From Octopus sinensis (Eukaryota), in the NCBI RefSeq assembly GCF_006345805.1, contig NC_043004.1, positions 72,478,001 through 72,542,000 of the forward strand: a DNA stretch of 64,000 nt, written 5' to 3'. The translations under genes and the position numbers were made by a program. Below, piece by piece: positions 36,697 through 48,250 of this stretch. Position 1 is the first letter of the stretch. The number at the start of each line of letters is the position of its first letter. The notes under the pieces were generated by a model. That model worked only from the letters and a program-made list of their open reading frames with translations, did no database searches and was not told the DNA's origin.

Positions 36697-39600
36697 CTTT
36701 GTATTTTGAAAGTTTCTCCATTTCTTTTAGAGACACGTTGTCATCTGCCGGTATTGATACATCAATTAGAAAGCATTTTTCTCCTTCATGATCTCTGACA
36801 ACTATATCTGGTCTGTTGGCCTTAATTTCTCTATCTGTGTGTATCGGCATATCCCAGAGTATGGTTGCTTTCTCGTTTTCTGTGACCTTTTCTGGTGTGT
36901 GCCTATACCATCTTTTTTCTGTTGTTATTCCATAATGTTGGCATAGCTCCCAGTGTATGTAGGTTCCAACTCTGTCATGTCTGTGAATATATTCCTTCTT
37001 AGCCAGGACTGGGCAGCTAGAGATAGTATGACTTATTGTTTCTTGTCCATCTCCACATATTCTGCAGTTACTTGTTATATTTCATTTCATTACATGATTT
37101 TGGTAATTTCTGGTGAGGAGGCTTTGGTCTTGTGCTGCAATTAAAAATCCCTCTGTTTCTCCTTTGAGTCCTGAGCTTCTCAACCATTGCTGGGATTTTT
37201 CTTTGTCTATTTCTTTTGCGTTTAGTTTAGTCCAGTATTTACCATGAAGGGGCTTTCCTTGCCATCGTTTTATCATGGTTCGTTGCTTCTATTTTTAGTT
37301 TGGATTTCATTTGTTTTATAGCTTTTGTTGTTTCTTCATCTTCTTCTTCTTCTTCTTCATATTTATTAGGTGGTATGATTTCTTGTTTGTATTTGTCAGC
37401 TTCCTTACATACTGAGAACAGTTTTTTGTTTTGCTCGTGTATTACCGCTATTTGTATCAGTTTTCCTTCCTTCTGAAGTAGATATTTTTGCAGTCCTATG
37501 GTGGTTATTTTATAGTAGTTTTCCAGTTGTATAAGGCCTCTACCACCTTCTATACGTTGTATATATAGTCTTTCTATGTCAGATTTTGGGTGATGCATCC
37601 TAGATCCTGTCATTATTTTTCTTGTTTTCCTATCTATTTTGGTCAGTTCATTTAGTGTCCAGTTAAGGATATTGTAGCTGTAACTTATAACTGGGACAGC
37701 TAAAGTGTTAATACCTATTATCTTGTTTTTAGCATTGAGCTCTGTGTTTAGTATTGATCTAACTCGTCTATAATATTCTTTTTTTATTTTCTCTTTCATT
37801 TGTGTGTGTTGTGTCTTATCTAGTTCATGGATTCCTAAGTATTTGTAAGTTTGGCTTTGGTCTAATTCTTTTATTTCATTGGTTTTATCTAGTCTGATGT
37901 TGCTACTCTTAACTAGTTTTCCTCTTTTCATGGTTACTTTGGCGCATTTTTCTAATCCAAATTTCATATCTATTTCTTTTGTAAATCCATGAACTGTCTT
38001 TAATAGTGTTTCCAGCTGTTTGTCATTTGCAGCGTATAGTTTTAGGTCATCCATATATAAAAGGTGGCTGATCGTTTTGCCGTAACATTTATATCCGCAC
38101 CCAGTTCTATTTAGCATATCAGATAGAGGTGACAGTGCCAAGCAGAAAAGGAGTGGAGAGAGCGTGTCTCCCTGGAATATTCCTCTTCTAATGGGGATGG
38201 CTTTGGTTTTCATGAGTCCCTCTTTTGTTTGGAGCTGTAGCACTGTTTGCCATTTATTCATAGAGTGCCCAATGAATTTTATAATTGTTGGTGCTACTTT
38301 GTTAATGGCTAGTGTTTCGAAGATCCATGTGTGGGGGATGCTATCAAACGCCTTTTTGTAATCAATCCAGGCCATACTGAGGCCTTTCTTCTTTCTGTGG
38401 CTGTCTTCAGTTATGTTTTTATTGATCATTAGTTGATCTTTACAGCCGTATGAGCCTTTGCGGCATCCTTTCAGCTCTTCGGGAAACAGGTTGTTTTTGT
38501 CCAGGTGCTTGTTCAACCTTTGCGATATCACTGCAGTAAATGCCTTGTACATCGTAGGGAGATAGGTTATTGGTCTGTAGTTTTCTGGTTTTGCTGTCTC
38601 ATTTGATTTGGGAATTAAGATGGTTTTCCCCTTCGTGAGCCATTCAGGCATTGTCTCTGGCTCTGCTAGTATGTTGTTAAAATTTTCAGCCAGCTTTTTG
38701 TGCATTTCTGTTAGATATTTCAACCAGAAGTTGAAGATCTTATCATGCCCAGGTGCCTTCCAGTTGCTTAGTCTTTGCAGTGCCTGGGTGACCTCTTCAG
38801 TTGTTATGGGGGTCCAAAGTTGCTCAGATGCTGAATTTGTTTTTTTCATACTCCTTTTTTTTTGGTTGTTCGTTTCCCGACCATATTTCTCTCCAGAATT
38901 CTTCCACTTCTTCTGCCGTTGGTGCTGCAGTGATTTCTATTTTATTTTTGCCAAGTTCTTGGTAGAACTTTTTGGGGTTGCAGTTGAACTTTTTGTTTTG
39001 TTCAAAGAAGCGCTGGCGTTTCTCGTACCGGCGGATCCTTTGTGCTTTGGCAAGGATATCTTGCTTCAGCTTTTCTTTTATCTCAGGTAAATCTTTTTCT
39101 GTGATGTTATATTTGCGAAGTATTTTTGTTTTCTTTTTGTTGCTCAGTAGCGTTGATTGTTTGCTGATTTCATTAAGAATCGACAGATCTTTTCTCATTT
39201 TTTGTATTTTGTTTTGGATGTTATTTATCCACAGGGTTTGTTTGGGTGGTGGTACTCCTGTGTGGATGGGTTTGAGTGAGTATCCAGCTTCTTTTGTGGC
39301 TGCAGTGGCTGCTGCGTATACTAAGTCATTTAGCTCAGTGATATCGCTTTTTGTTTCAGTGGCTATTAGTTCAGTGACGGCTAGGTTTATTTTCCTCCTA
39401 TATTTTATATGTATGTGTTGTGTTTTCATTTTTTGGGTAGAGCACTGTTGTGAAGTATGCGTGTAGGATAGAAATGTAATCTTCACGTGTCCATTTATGT
39501 CTTTTGGGTTTTATTTGCGGGACATGAGGAACAACGTCCGGCCCATTATTTTGACGGTCGTCATTTTCGTAGGGTACTGGTCCGTTCATTTCTGTTGTCA

Positions 39601-40047
39601 CATTGTTTTGCACGTGTAGTTTTTCGTACATTTTGTGTTGTAAGTTTAAAGTACGTACCACTCGATTGTTATTCTTGGGTTGAATAATATCGGTGGTATT
39701 TAATTTCTTCGTAGTTCCTTTGTACATGGTGTTTGGGGTCGGGGATGATCTGATGTTGATGGATCGTAATGTACCACGCATGTTTACATGTGTTGTGTTA
39801 GAGGAGGAGATGATATCGAGTCAAAATATATCATTTCGTTTCGAAAATAGTAATAAATTTCAATTTGTATTACTTACTCGGATACAGCCCAATCCTTTGT
39901 TAGTAAATCTTTGGCTCCATACGATGTCCTTGTTTTCGATGTCTGTGGATAGATTTCGGAGCTCTGTTTTTTCCTTCTTACATCTTAAACGTCCCCCGGT
40001 GTAAACCCTTCTCCCCCGGTGTAAACCCTTTCCCTCGGTGTAAACCC

Positions 40048-40049
<2 letters not shown>
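36697..40049 (-). mobile_element. R4/Dong-clade element with intact 5' end, 3'-truncated; same family as 939-3658
   Basis: ORFs 39398-39781 (RHKWTREDY), 38824-39486, 37239-38849 (536 aa RT) and 37082-37276. The 5' end has three 19-20 bp repeats abutting (TAA)n. Confidence 0.95.
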
Positions 40050-40132
<83 letters not shown>

Positions 40133-40159
40133 CATCATCATCATTATTATTATTATTAT

Positions 40160-40216
<57 letters not shown>

Positions 40217-40230
40217 CAGCAGTAGCAGTA
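40050..40230. repeat. (TTA)n/(TAG)n microsatellite
   Basis: Direct read. Confidence 0.95.
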
Positions 40231-40279
40231 CAAATTTATTGCCAGGATTGGGATTTAAGTTTTTAATTTGAATGTTTAT

Positions 40280-40600
40280 TTGTGTTTCACCCCTACTCTC
40301 GTTTGCACTGGATTCCTACAGACTCTCAACAAACTCAGCCTTCGCAACAAAGGATCCAACGCCTAAACATATAAGAACGAGAAGACGGAGCATCTTCGGG
40401 GAACCAAGTTTGATGCTGAAGGTGTCTGACAGGTTGAATCTGACCATCAATGAGATGTCGCTGGGCATTGTAGTGACCCAGCTTCTGAAGACAGGAACGA
40501 ACAGACAAGTAGCGATGAACTATCCTGTCAAATGCTTTGGCTTGATTCAAATTGCCAAAACCTGATCTATTCTCGGTTCTGTTCCATGATGTTTGCCATT
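40280..40600 (-). mobile_element. L1/Tx1-clade RT fragment
   Basis: Translations NLNQAKAFDRIVHRYL and PLLRRL. Confidence 0.65.
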
Positions 40601-40889
40601 TGGAAATATAACTCTGAAGGCAGATTATACATTCCTGGTTATTTATGCCCCTCACAGCGTATCAGCATATCTGCCACTTCATCTACTGAAGTTAGTTTCT
40701 CACAACACTCAATCTCCCAGTGCGATAGGGGTAGAAAACTATTTAAGTAGCCCTTAACTCCCGCTGTCTCAAGTATATCGCTCCTCGAACTTTTTGATTA
40801 ATTGCTACCGAAATATAGCGTGCAGTTTTTTTAAATCGATGCACATAATCTATCGATGCACTTATTCTATCGTATTCTATCGGTGTTTT

Positions 40890-41068
40890 TTGTCGAACCG
40901 GTAAGTTATGGAGACGTAAACGCAACAACATCTGTTGTCCAGCGATGGTGGAGGGTCAAACACAGACACACAAACGTAAGGCTTTGGCTGGCCCGAGTCT
41001 ACAGTAGACTGAACCCGTAATCATGTGGCTGGGAAGCAAGCTTCTTACCACACAGCTACGCCTTCACC
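40890..41068 (-). mobile_element. Degenerate, internally deleted OK-type SINE
   Basis: Head (GCTTCTTACCACACAGC on the plus strand) and CAAACACAGACAC segment are recognisable. Confidence 0.65.
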
Positions 41069-41265
41069 TGTAGTTTTCTATAACAATTTCTGCTAAAACT
41101 AACAGATGTCACTGATTTTTCTCTTTAGTAAAACACATCACTTACTCTAGATTATATCTCCTATCAATATTTGCTTGACTCGTATAATAATCTGATCCTT
41201 GGGACATTTTCACACCGGAATGGACGCGATCATCTTCAAGTAACAGGATCCTTGGATTTTAGACA

Positions 41266-42600
41266 CTAGCAGATAAACCCGGCCTTGCTCGGGATTAAAA
41301 TAGTATAGCTTTTTTTGTTGTTTTAATACTTTAGGTATTATAACCCGATTTCATCCGGGTCTACTCGGGCCGCATTTTAAAGATGACGAACCTCCCCACC
41401 CCAAAAAACAAAAATTTTATTAAAAATTGGTAATGAAAAAAAAAACAATAGCAAATGTTTAAACAGTCTTTGAGAAGCCACTGCAGAAACCTGCGCAAAA
41501 TTGAAATAGTACAATACGACTGCACTTACAATGTTTTGGATACAATATGTAGTCAAACCCAACCTAATTTTGCGAACTCGGTGTCGCGATGGGAGCCCGT
41601 GAGTTTGCAGTTTTACTGGCAGAGATGGTCAAGTTGCAGAGGTGGCCAGCGACGTGAAGAAGGTGGATGCAGTCGGGCTAAAAAATTGAGAAAGTTACAA
41701 TGACTCCAGCGACGGGAGAGTAATGGCGGAAGGTTCAAAAGTGTTCTTGCAGGGCTTTTTTGTAGACAACACTCCTGCTGTTGCCCGGTTTACCACAAAT
41801 GAAGGGACTGTGTGGACTGCCGCAACGGGAGCATCCGACGCATAGTTGACCGTGGATAAATACCTGCTGTGCCAGATTTAGGCCAACTACAGCATAACTG
41901 GAACACCAACCTTCAGTTTAGGGTCATGAGGTGAAAGCCTGGGAGGTATTTGGCTGTTGAGGAATTCAGTAGTTGTTCAAATTTTCAGCTCAATCCGAGC
42001 ACATTTACTAACAATTTTGACTGCACAATTACATGTGAGACAACATCCGTTTTTTTCTCAAATATATATTAGAATAGCAGAGATGCCCGGTCTTGCTCGG
42101 GATTAAAATAGTTTATTATTGTTTTACTTGCTTCGGTATAATAACCCGATTTCATTCGGGTCTACGCGGGCCACATTTTCAAAGATGAGGAAGTTTTCCC
42201 CAGGGGCCACGCCGTTCAATTGACCAAACTCAAAGTTGTCATGCAAACTCTCCAGCAATTTTAACATAAGTGTACATATTTTCAGCTCAATCCGACTTAC
42301 TAACACTTTTACTTGCACAACTACTTTTGAGAAGACGTCCGCCCATTTTACAGATATGTAACAGACTTACAGAGATATTCAGCCTTGCGCGGGATTAAAG
42401 TGGCATAGTTTTTCATTGTATTACTTGTTTGATTATAATAACCAGATTTCATTTGGGTCTACCCGGGTTATATTTTAAAAGATGAGGAATTTTGCCCAAG
42501 AAGTTACGCCTTTCAAATGAGCAAACTCAAAGTTGGCATGCAAACTCGCCAGCAATTTTAACATAAGTGTGCATATTTTCAGCTCAATCCGACCACATAT
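41266..42600 (-). mobile_element. Helitron 3' end with helicase C-terminal remnant and additional degenerate terminal repeats
   Basis: Minus strand reads hairpin CCCGAGCAAGGCCGGG-TTTATCTG-CTAG|T. Coding remnant PTEFLNS..PP.L.PH..KLKVGVPVML / VFIHGQLCVGCSR.G....VVYKKAL. Diverged ~300-bp repeats start at ~42075 and ~42375. Confidence 0.8.
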
Positions 42601-42711
42601 TTACACATTATATATATATTTGTTGTGCAAGATTTTTCATGTGAAGTCGTGTTTTGAAACGGACATTGTTATATTTCGGAATGGTCATTTTGCCAGTTTA
42701 GCCAATAAAAC
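42600..42711 (-). repeat. Inverted partial copy of the 'Y' terminal repeat at the PLE 5' truncation
   Basis: Reverse complement matches 12125-12240 and 44240-44290. Confidence 0.85.
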
Positions 42712-43651
42712 GCAAATCCTTCATTCGTACTATGCCAAACCTATGGCCTCAAAATACTTGATCCACCGGAACTCAGCCATTGCGGACAATGCCAAATTCA
42801 ATATTTCGATGGCAGACCTCGTCAGAATAATGCGAAATGCGTCACGCATGTGCGATCCTACAGTGTTAAAGAGATACATACAACATTTCATTCACCGCAT
42901 GCAGTTCTCACGTTACAGCCATAAAGAAAGGATCAGAGTATACAAAGGAGCCATGAAGAAATTTGGTAATATATTATGTAATGATAGGAATGGGATTTGC
43001 CCACACTATAGGAGCAAGCCATGGAACACTATGAAAAGGACAAAGAAGAGAATAGGGAAGGCCAACTCTTGGTATGATAGCCATAAATACCAGAGTGTCA
43101 TGTTCGTCGACACCACCCTTGGAAGTGAACTGGCGTACCGCTTTAGAAGGACCCTAGACAAACTTAAGCTAAGGATTAAGGTTGTTGAAAAGCCAGGCAA
43201 CCCTATCAAATCCATAATAGGTAGAACCTACCCTTTCAGTAGAACCTTTTGTACGGATAGGTACTGTACTGTATGTAGATTTAGCCCACAAACAAACTGT
43301 AAAGCCAGAAATGTAGTCTATAGTATAAGATGTATAGAGGGACGATGCAGTAAAAAGACAACGACATACGTAGGGGAAACGGCAAGAAGCATAGGAGAGC
43401 GGGTAAATGACCATTGGAGACAACTCAAGGAAGGTAAAAGCTCATCGATTCTGTACCACCACGCCGAACAGGAACACGGGGGATCAATCAACAACATAGA
43501 AGTTAAAATCTTATCCACACATAGAACAGATGCAGCAATCAGACAAATTACGGAAGCTACATACATAATAGAAGATAAACCTAGCCTGAATAAGAAACTG
43601 GAAAGGAAACTAGCACACACCACAACATATGACGGTAGAGGATCCCCATAA
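42712..43651 (+). CDS. PLE (third lineage) RT thumb + GIY-YIG endonuclease, uninterrupted frame, 5'-truncated
   Basis: YYAKPMASKYLIHRNSA, IKVVEKPG, CTDRYCTVC..NCKARNVVYSIRC..C....YVGETARSIGERVNDH, HHAEQEH and RQITEATYI..KPSLN. Confidence 0.9.
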
Positions 43652-43769
43652 ACTGGTTACAATATAAACAAAACCGAAAACATAATAAATAAGATACACA
43701 GATAAATAAACATATAGAAATAAATAACTACATAAGTTTTTTTTAATTTAAAAGATGTTTTCTTTTTTC

Positions 43770-43833
<64 letters not shown>

Positions 43834-44121
43834 TAGTATTGTTGTTATACATACATACATACAAGCATACGTAATGATAATAATAATAATAAGTGGATGT
43901 AAACACATGAACAAAATAAGAATAAACAAAAACAAAAACAAATTACACGAACGTATATAAACAAGATACAAATATTACAGGCATTTCCCCACACACACAC
44001 ACTAACTAAACATAGATGCACATAGAGGTATAAGCATAGGCAAATGAAGACACATACAATAGAAATACAAAATGGCTGACGGTTAGTAAGGAGAGACACA
44101 AATAAGAAAGAAGAAAACAAA

Positions 44122-44166
44122 GGACCACTGATGCGGTCACAGGAGTGTGACGAAAGAACTCTGGCC
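44122..44166 (+). ncRNA. Hammerhead-like motif (CUGAUGC-G core variant), copy 2
   Basis: GGACCA-CTGATGC-G-GTCAC AGGAGT GTGAC-GAAA-GAAC-TC-TGGCC, downstream of and on the same strand as the PLE ORF. Confidence 0.45.
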
Positions 44167-45652
44167 GAAATAAGATTAAGATTAATGTAAAAAATAAATA
44201 ACATTGAAGCAAAATAACACTAATTATATAGTGCGTGTGTTTTTATTGGCTAAACTGGCAAAATGACCATTCCGAAATGCAACAATATATATATATATAT
44301 AAACAAGAACATCTACAAGAAAGAATCGCCTATATCGAATTTATATGTTTAGATCATCCCACTACTAAGTATGATATTACCTCTTCCTTTCTCATTCATA
44401 AACACATGAGTATTATTATAATAGATTATCTCGGTAACCATAGGTGTTATGAAAAAATACAGAGCCCAGCAACACCGCCAGATCATTCTATACATGTGTA
44501 AATTTTCGCACAATTCCACCCAGCCCTTTGACTGTGAATCCCAAGGCAAGAAAGAATCGCTCATGTCAAATTTATATGTATAGATTTCTATGTTAACTAT
44601 AAAGGTCCCCGTTGTTGAGAATGTTGTTTGTTTCTGTTATTGATGTTGCTGTTTTAAAATTTGCCTTTGTTGGTGAAGTTGTTATTGTTGTGGGTGTTGT
44701 ATTTGTTGTTCTATCACTGTTTATGAGACTAGGCACACTGTTTTCCGACTTATTGTACTTGGTGCTCACAAATTTTGAGGATTTAGGGGTCAAGTCAGTA
44801 TTTTCACCAGCCCTCCCTAACCACTAGAGTACTTTGGTGATTTGGGATGCCCTTTCTATATCCGAAGAGTTGACTGGATTTGCATTTAATTTCTTCCATA
44901 TCGTTTGCTGTTGCTAGAGGTGGTCGGATTTGTGGAGGTGATCAGGAGATTTGTTTCACGTTTTTCCATGACTGAAAATATGTTTTGTAGCTGTTGTGGT
45001 GGGTACTGCTAGCACCATCTTTGTAATTGCAGTAGATTTTGCGTTGGAAGCAGGGATGCGGAGCGAGTCATTACTTTCAATTTCACCACTTTGAAGTAGA
45101 AGGCTTTGAGGTAATCTGTTGTGCAACAAATATAACATTTGGGTTTTTCTACCCTTCAAGAACACCTGCATCTGCCTCGCAATTTCCGAAAAAGTTTGGT
45201 ACGCAAACTACGTCTTCTGGAACAACCAAAGCTTGGTCTTCCATTACTTTTGTATTTTTCTGGGAGTTTGATTTGATGCTATTTCCCCATGATCCTTTAA
45301 CGCAGCTATTTCTTTGGCCTGGTCCCTATAAGGAGGTAGATTTGTGACCCTCAGTCCGTCACATGACGTCCCATATCTAAGGGCAGCATCTCGAACTGCA
45401 GGAAGGTGCAGATCGTTGTATCCATCCTACGCACGTCCTTTTTATTGCTGCGGATGGCCACCAGGGTTCCCTGTTGCATTCCTTGGGAGATATACACTAC
45501 GGAAGGCTACACATCTTCCAATTTTTATTTTCTATTTTGGTTGGGGAAAGGAATTGTAGCTTCGTTTCTGCGCGATTGATGCCCTTATAGATTGTTGTTA
45601 TTTTCTCGGTGCACATCATTCCCCCTTCTGGGAGTGACATGGCTCTCAAGTA

Positions 45653-45838
45653 GGCGTAGGGGTGGCTGTATGGTAAGTAGCTTGCTTACAAACCACATGG
45701 TTCCGGGTTCAGTCCCACTGCGTGACACCTTGGGCAAGTGCCTTCTTCTATAGCCTCGGGCTGACCAAAGCCTTGTGAGTGGATTTGGTAGACGGAAACT
45801 GGAAGAAGCCCGTCGTATATATGTATATATATATATAT
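45653..45838 (+). mobile_element. OK-type SINE, 5' half
   Basis: Head and V-like core up to the internal (TA)n. Confidence 0.9.
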
Positions 45839-46275
45839 CAACAGGACCATTTAAGGACCATTAAAAGGACCATTTAAGGCGAATTAAACTTTTTTGGCTG
45901 CTATTTCTACTAAGTTCAGTATGTGGCAAAGTAATTTATTTTACTAAGCCCTAATTATATAATGTAATATTTTGAATTCGCCTTAAATGGTCCTTTTACA
46001 TACTGAACACTTGGTGAAATTGATTGATTAATTAATTTTACCCTCAATTGTTGATATTATAATTCATTTCTCTCCGTCATACTGCCTCGGTTCTCGCGGT
46101 TAAAATATAATGTTTGCTAGATAGACCACGTGGGTGGAAAAGGAGTGCAGAAATTTACGCCTGCGCATTTTGAATTTGTTGGCACTGTCAGTAGGAGCTG
46201 GTTCATCTGAAGCGACAAGTACGCCGATGGGTAAAGTTCCTTCTTTTTAGTGTTTCCAAATCCAAATTAAGAAAT

Positions 46276-46338
46276 TTTGAGCTGACGATAGAAATGCTGA
46301 TTTTATTTGGCTAATCTTGAAACGTTGACGTACTCAAA
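46276..46338 (+). ncRNA. Type I hammerhead ribozyme, unit 1
   Basis: TTTGAG-CTGACGA-[stem II 46289-46318]-GAAA-CGTTGACG-TA-CTCAAA. Stem I is a perfect 6 bp, the core is canonical, and the GUA site predicts a cut after 46332. Confidence 0.8.
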
Positions 46339-46839
46339 CGATCTATGTACTTGTGATATTTTTCTGTATTTACCTCCAAACCTTCGTGAGCTGTCTGGAG
46401 TAAACATTATCTGAGAGAAACTTTCTTTAAGTAGTAGAAACGGCTAAAAAACCTTTTTTGGCTGCTATTTCTACTAAGTTCAGTATGTGGCAAAGTAATT
46501 TATTTTACTAAGCCCTAATTATATAATGTAATATTTTGAATTCGCCTTAAATGGTCCTTTTACATACTGAACACTTGGTGAAATTGATTGATTAATTAAT
46601 TTTACCCTTAATTGTTGATATTATAATTCATTTCTCTCCGTCATACTGCCTCGGTTCTCGCGGTTAAAATATAATGTTTGCTAGATAGACCACGTGGGTG
46701 GAAAAGGAGTGCAGAAATTTACGCCTGCGCATTTTGAATTTGTTGGCACTGTCAGTAGGAGCTGGTTCATCTGAAGCGACAAGTACGCCGATGGGTAAAG
46801 TTCCTTCTTTTTAGTGTTTCCAAATCCAAATTAAGAAAT

Positions 46840-46902
46840 TTTGAGCTGACGATAGAAATGCTGATTTTATTTGGCTAATCTTGAAACGTTGACGTACTCA
46901 AA
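46840..46902 (+). ncRNA. Type I hammerhead ribozyme, unit 2
   Basis: Identical to unit 1. Predicted cut after 46896. Confidence 0.8.
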
Positions 46903-47091
46903 CGATCTATGTACTTGTGATATTTTTCTGTATTTACCTCCAAACCTTCGTGAGCTGTCTGGAGTAAACATTATCTGAGAGAAACTTTCTTTAAGTAGTA
47001 GAAACGGCTAAAAAAACTTTTTGGGCTGCTATTTCTACTAAGTTCAGTATGTGGCAAAGTAATTTATTTTACTAAGCCCTAATTATATAAT

Positions 47092-47171
<80 letters not shown>

Positions 47172-47355
47172 TCCCCACAACATCGCTTGACAACCGATGC
47201 TGGTTTGTTTATGTCCCCGTAAATTCGCGGTTCGGCATAAGAGATCGATAAAATAAGTAGTAGGCTTACAAAGAATAAGTCCTTGGGTCGATTTGCTCGA
47301 CTAAAGGCGGTACTCTAGCATAGCCACAGTCAAATGACTGAAATAAGTAAAAGAG
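47092..47355 (+). mobile_element. OK-type SINE, 3' half
   Basis: (TA)n(TG)n-TTTGTCCCC..CATCGCTTGACAACCGATGCTGG...GACTGAAATAAGTAAAAGAG completes the element begun at 45653. Confidence 0.9.
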
Positions 47356-48109
47356 TAAGTAATAATACGTTTCCCCAAATTTGTGACTTTCGCCGAAGAT
47401 GATTTTTCTTTATCGTTGTTGTTGCTGTTGCTCCTGCTGCCCTGATAGATTATGTTAATGTTCTTCTCGTTCATTTTATTGTTGTTGTTGTTGTCTCAAT
47501 TGTGGCGGCTGCTGTCGACGTTACAGTTGTAGTTATTGTTGCTGTTGCTAAAGCTATCAGCGCCATTGTTGGTAGCTTTATCGCTGCTGCTGATTACATT
47601 ATTATTGTCATTGTTGTTGTCGTAGTTCATACTAATACTAGTGCTATTATTGTTACTGTTGTCGTCATCGTCGTCGTCGCTGATGTTGTTTACTGTTTTG
47701 TGTTTTATTGCTTGTAGTTTCTTTTCTTCTTTCCATGGGAGTGGCAACCGACTCGTATGGCTGACTACTATGTCAGATCGTTCAACTACGACGTAAGAGG
47801 TGAGGCGAATACATTTCCTCCAAAAACTACTCCGCTATCTAAATTTTTAGGAAAAGAAATTAATAGAAGATATGTATGGGAAAACCTCTCGGAACAAGCT
47901 GATGCCAGTTCCATCATTACAAATGGGAGAATCTCCTTCAGTAGAAACCTGGATGCATCCGCGAAACAAAAGTTACAATTTCAGCGCTCGGAAATATTAT
48001 AAATCGTATAAAGAGTAAATTTAGAGGAAACTCACCAGCGATATTCCAAGCTTAGAAGTCATGTGTGATTCCTAATAATAATTCTTTCTAATTTGGTCAA
48101 AAAGTCGGC

Positions 48110-48250
48110 AATTTTAGGGGAGGAGATTGTCCATTAGTTCGACCCCGTTCCTAAATTGGTATCTCTTCGATACCCGAAAGATGAAATACAAATCCAAACT
48201 CGGGGAATTTGAACTCATAACGTAAAAACGCACGAAATGCCGCTACTTCT
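48110..48250 (-). mobile_element. Degenerate Meta-core SINE
   Basis: Remnants TCGACCCC..TTGGTA..CCCGAAAGATGAAA..GAATTTGAACTCA. Confidence 0.55.

Larger units (their letters stand above)
45839..47091 (+). mobile_element. 564-bp tandem repeat (~2.1 units) with one hammerhead per unit; retrozyme/PLE pseudo-LTR-like insertion
   Basis: CTATTTCTAC recurs at 45901, 46465 and 47029 (period 564), and the units are almost identical. A 23-bp inverted segment lies at the 5' junction. Inserted in the SINE's microsatellite. Confidence 0.8.

Noticed and set aside
39992-40049. AGGGTTT resemblance to telomeric repeats
   Set aside because: The repeat unit is 19-20 bp with only one such heptamer, not a TTAGGG array.
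44590-45620. Possible LINE ORF1 remnant on the minus strand
   Set aside because: Only low-complexity Thr/Asn-rich frames with no motif I can support.
45890-47091. 564-bp tandem considered as a CRISPR-like array or a simple satellite
   Set aside because: There are no short repeats with unique spacers and the context is eukaryotic. The ribozyme and junction structure argue against a plain satellite. An assembly artefact is not fully excluded.
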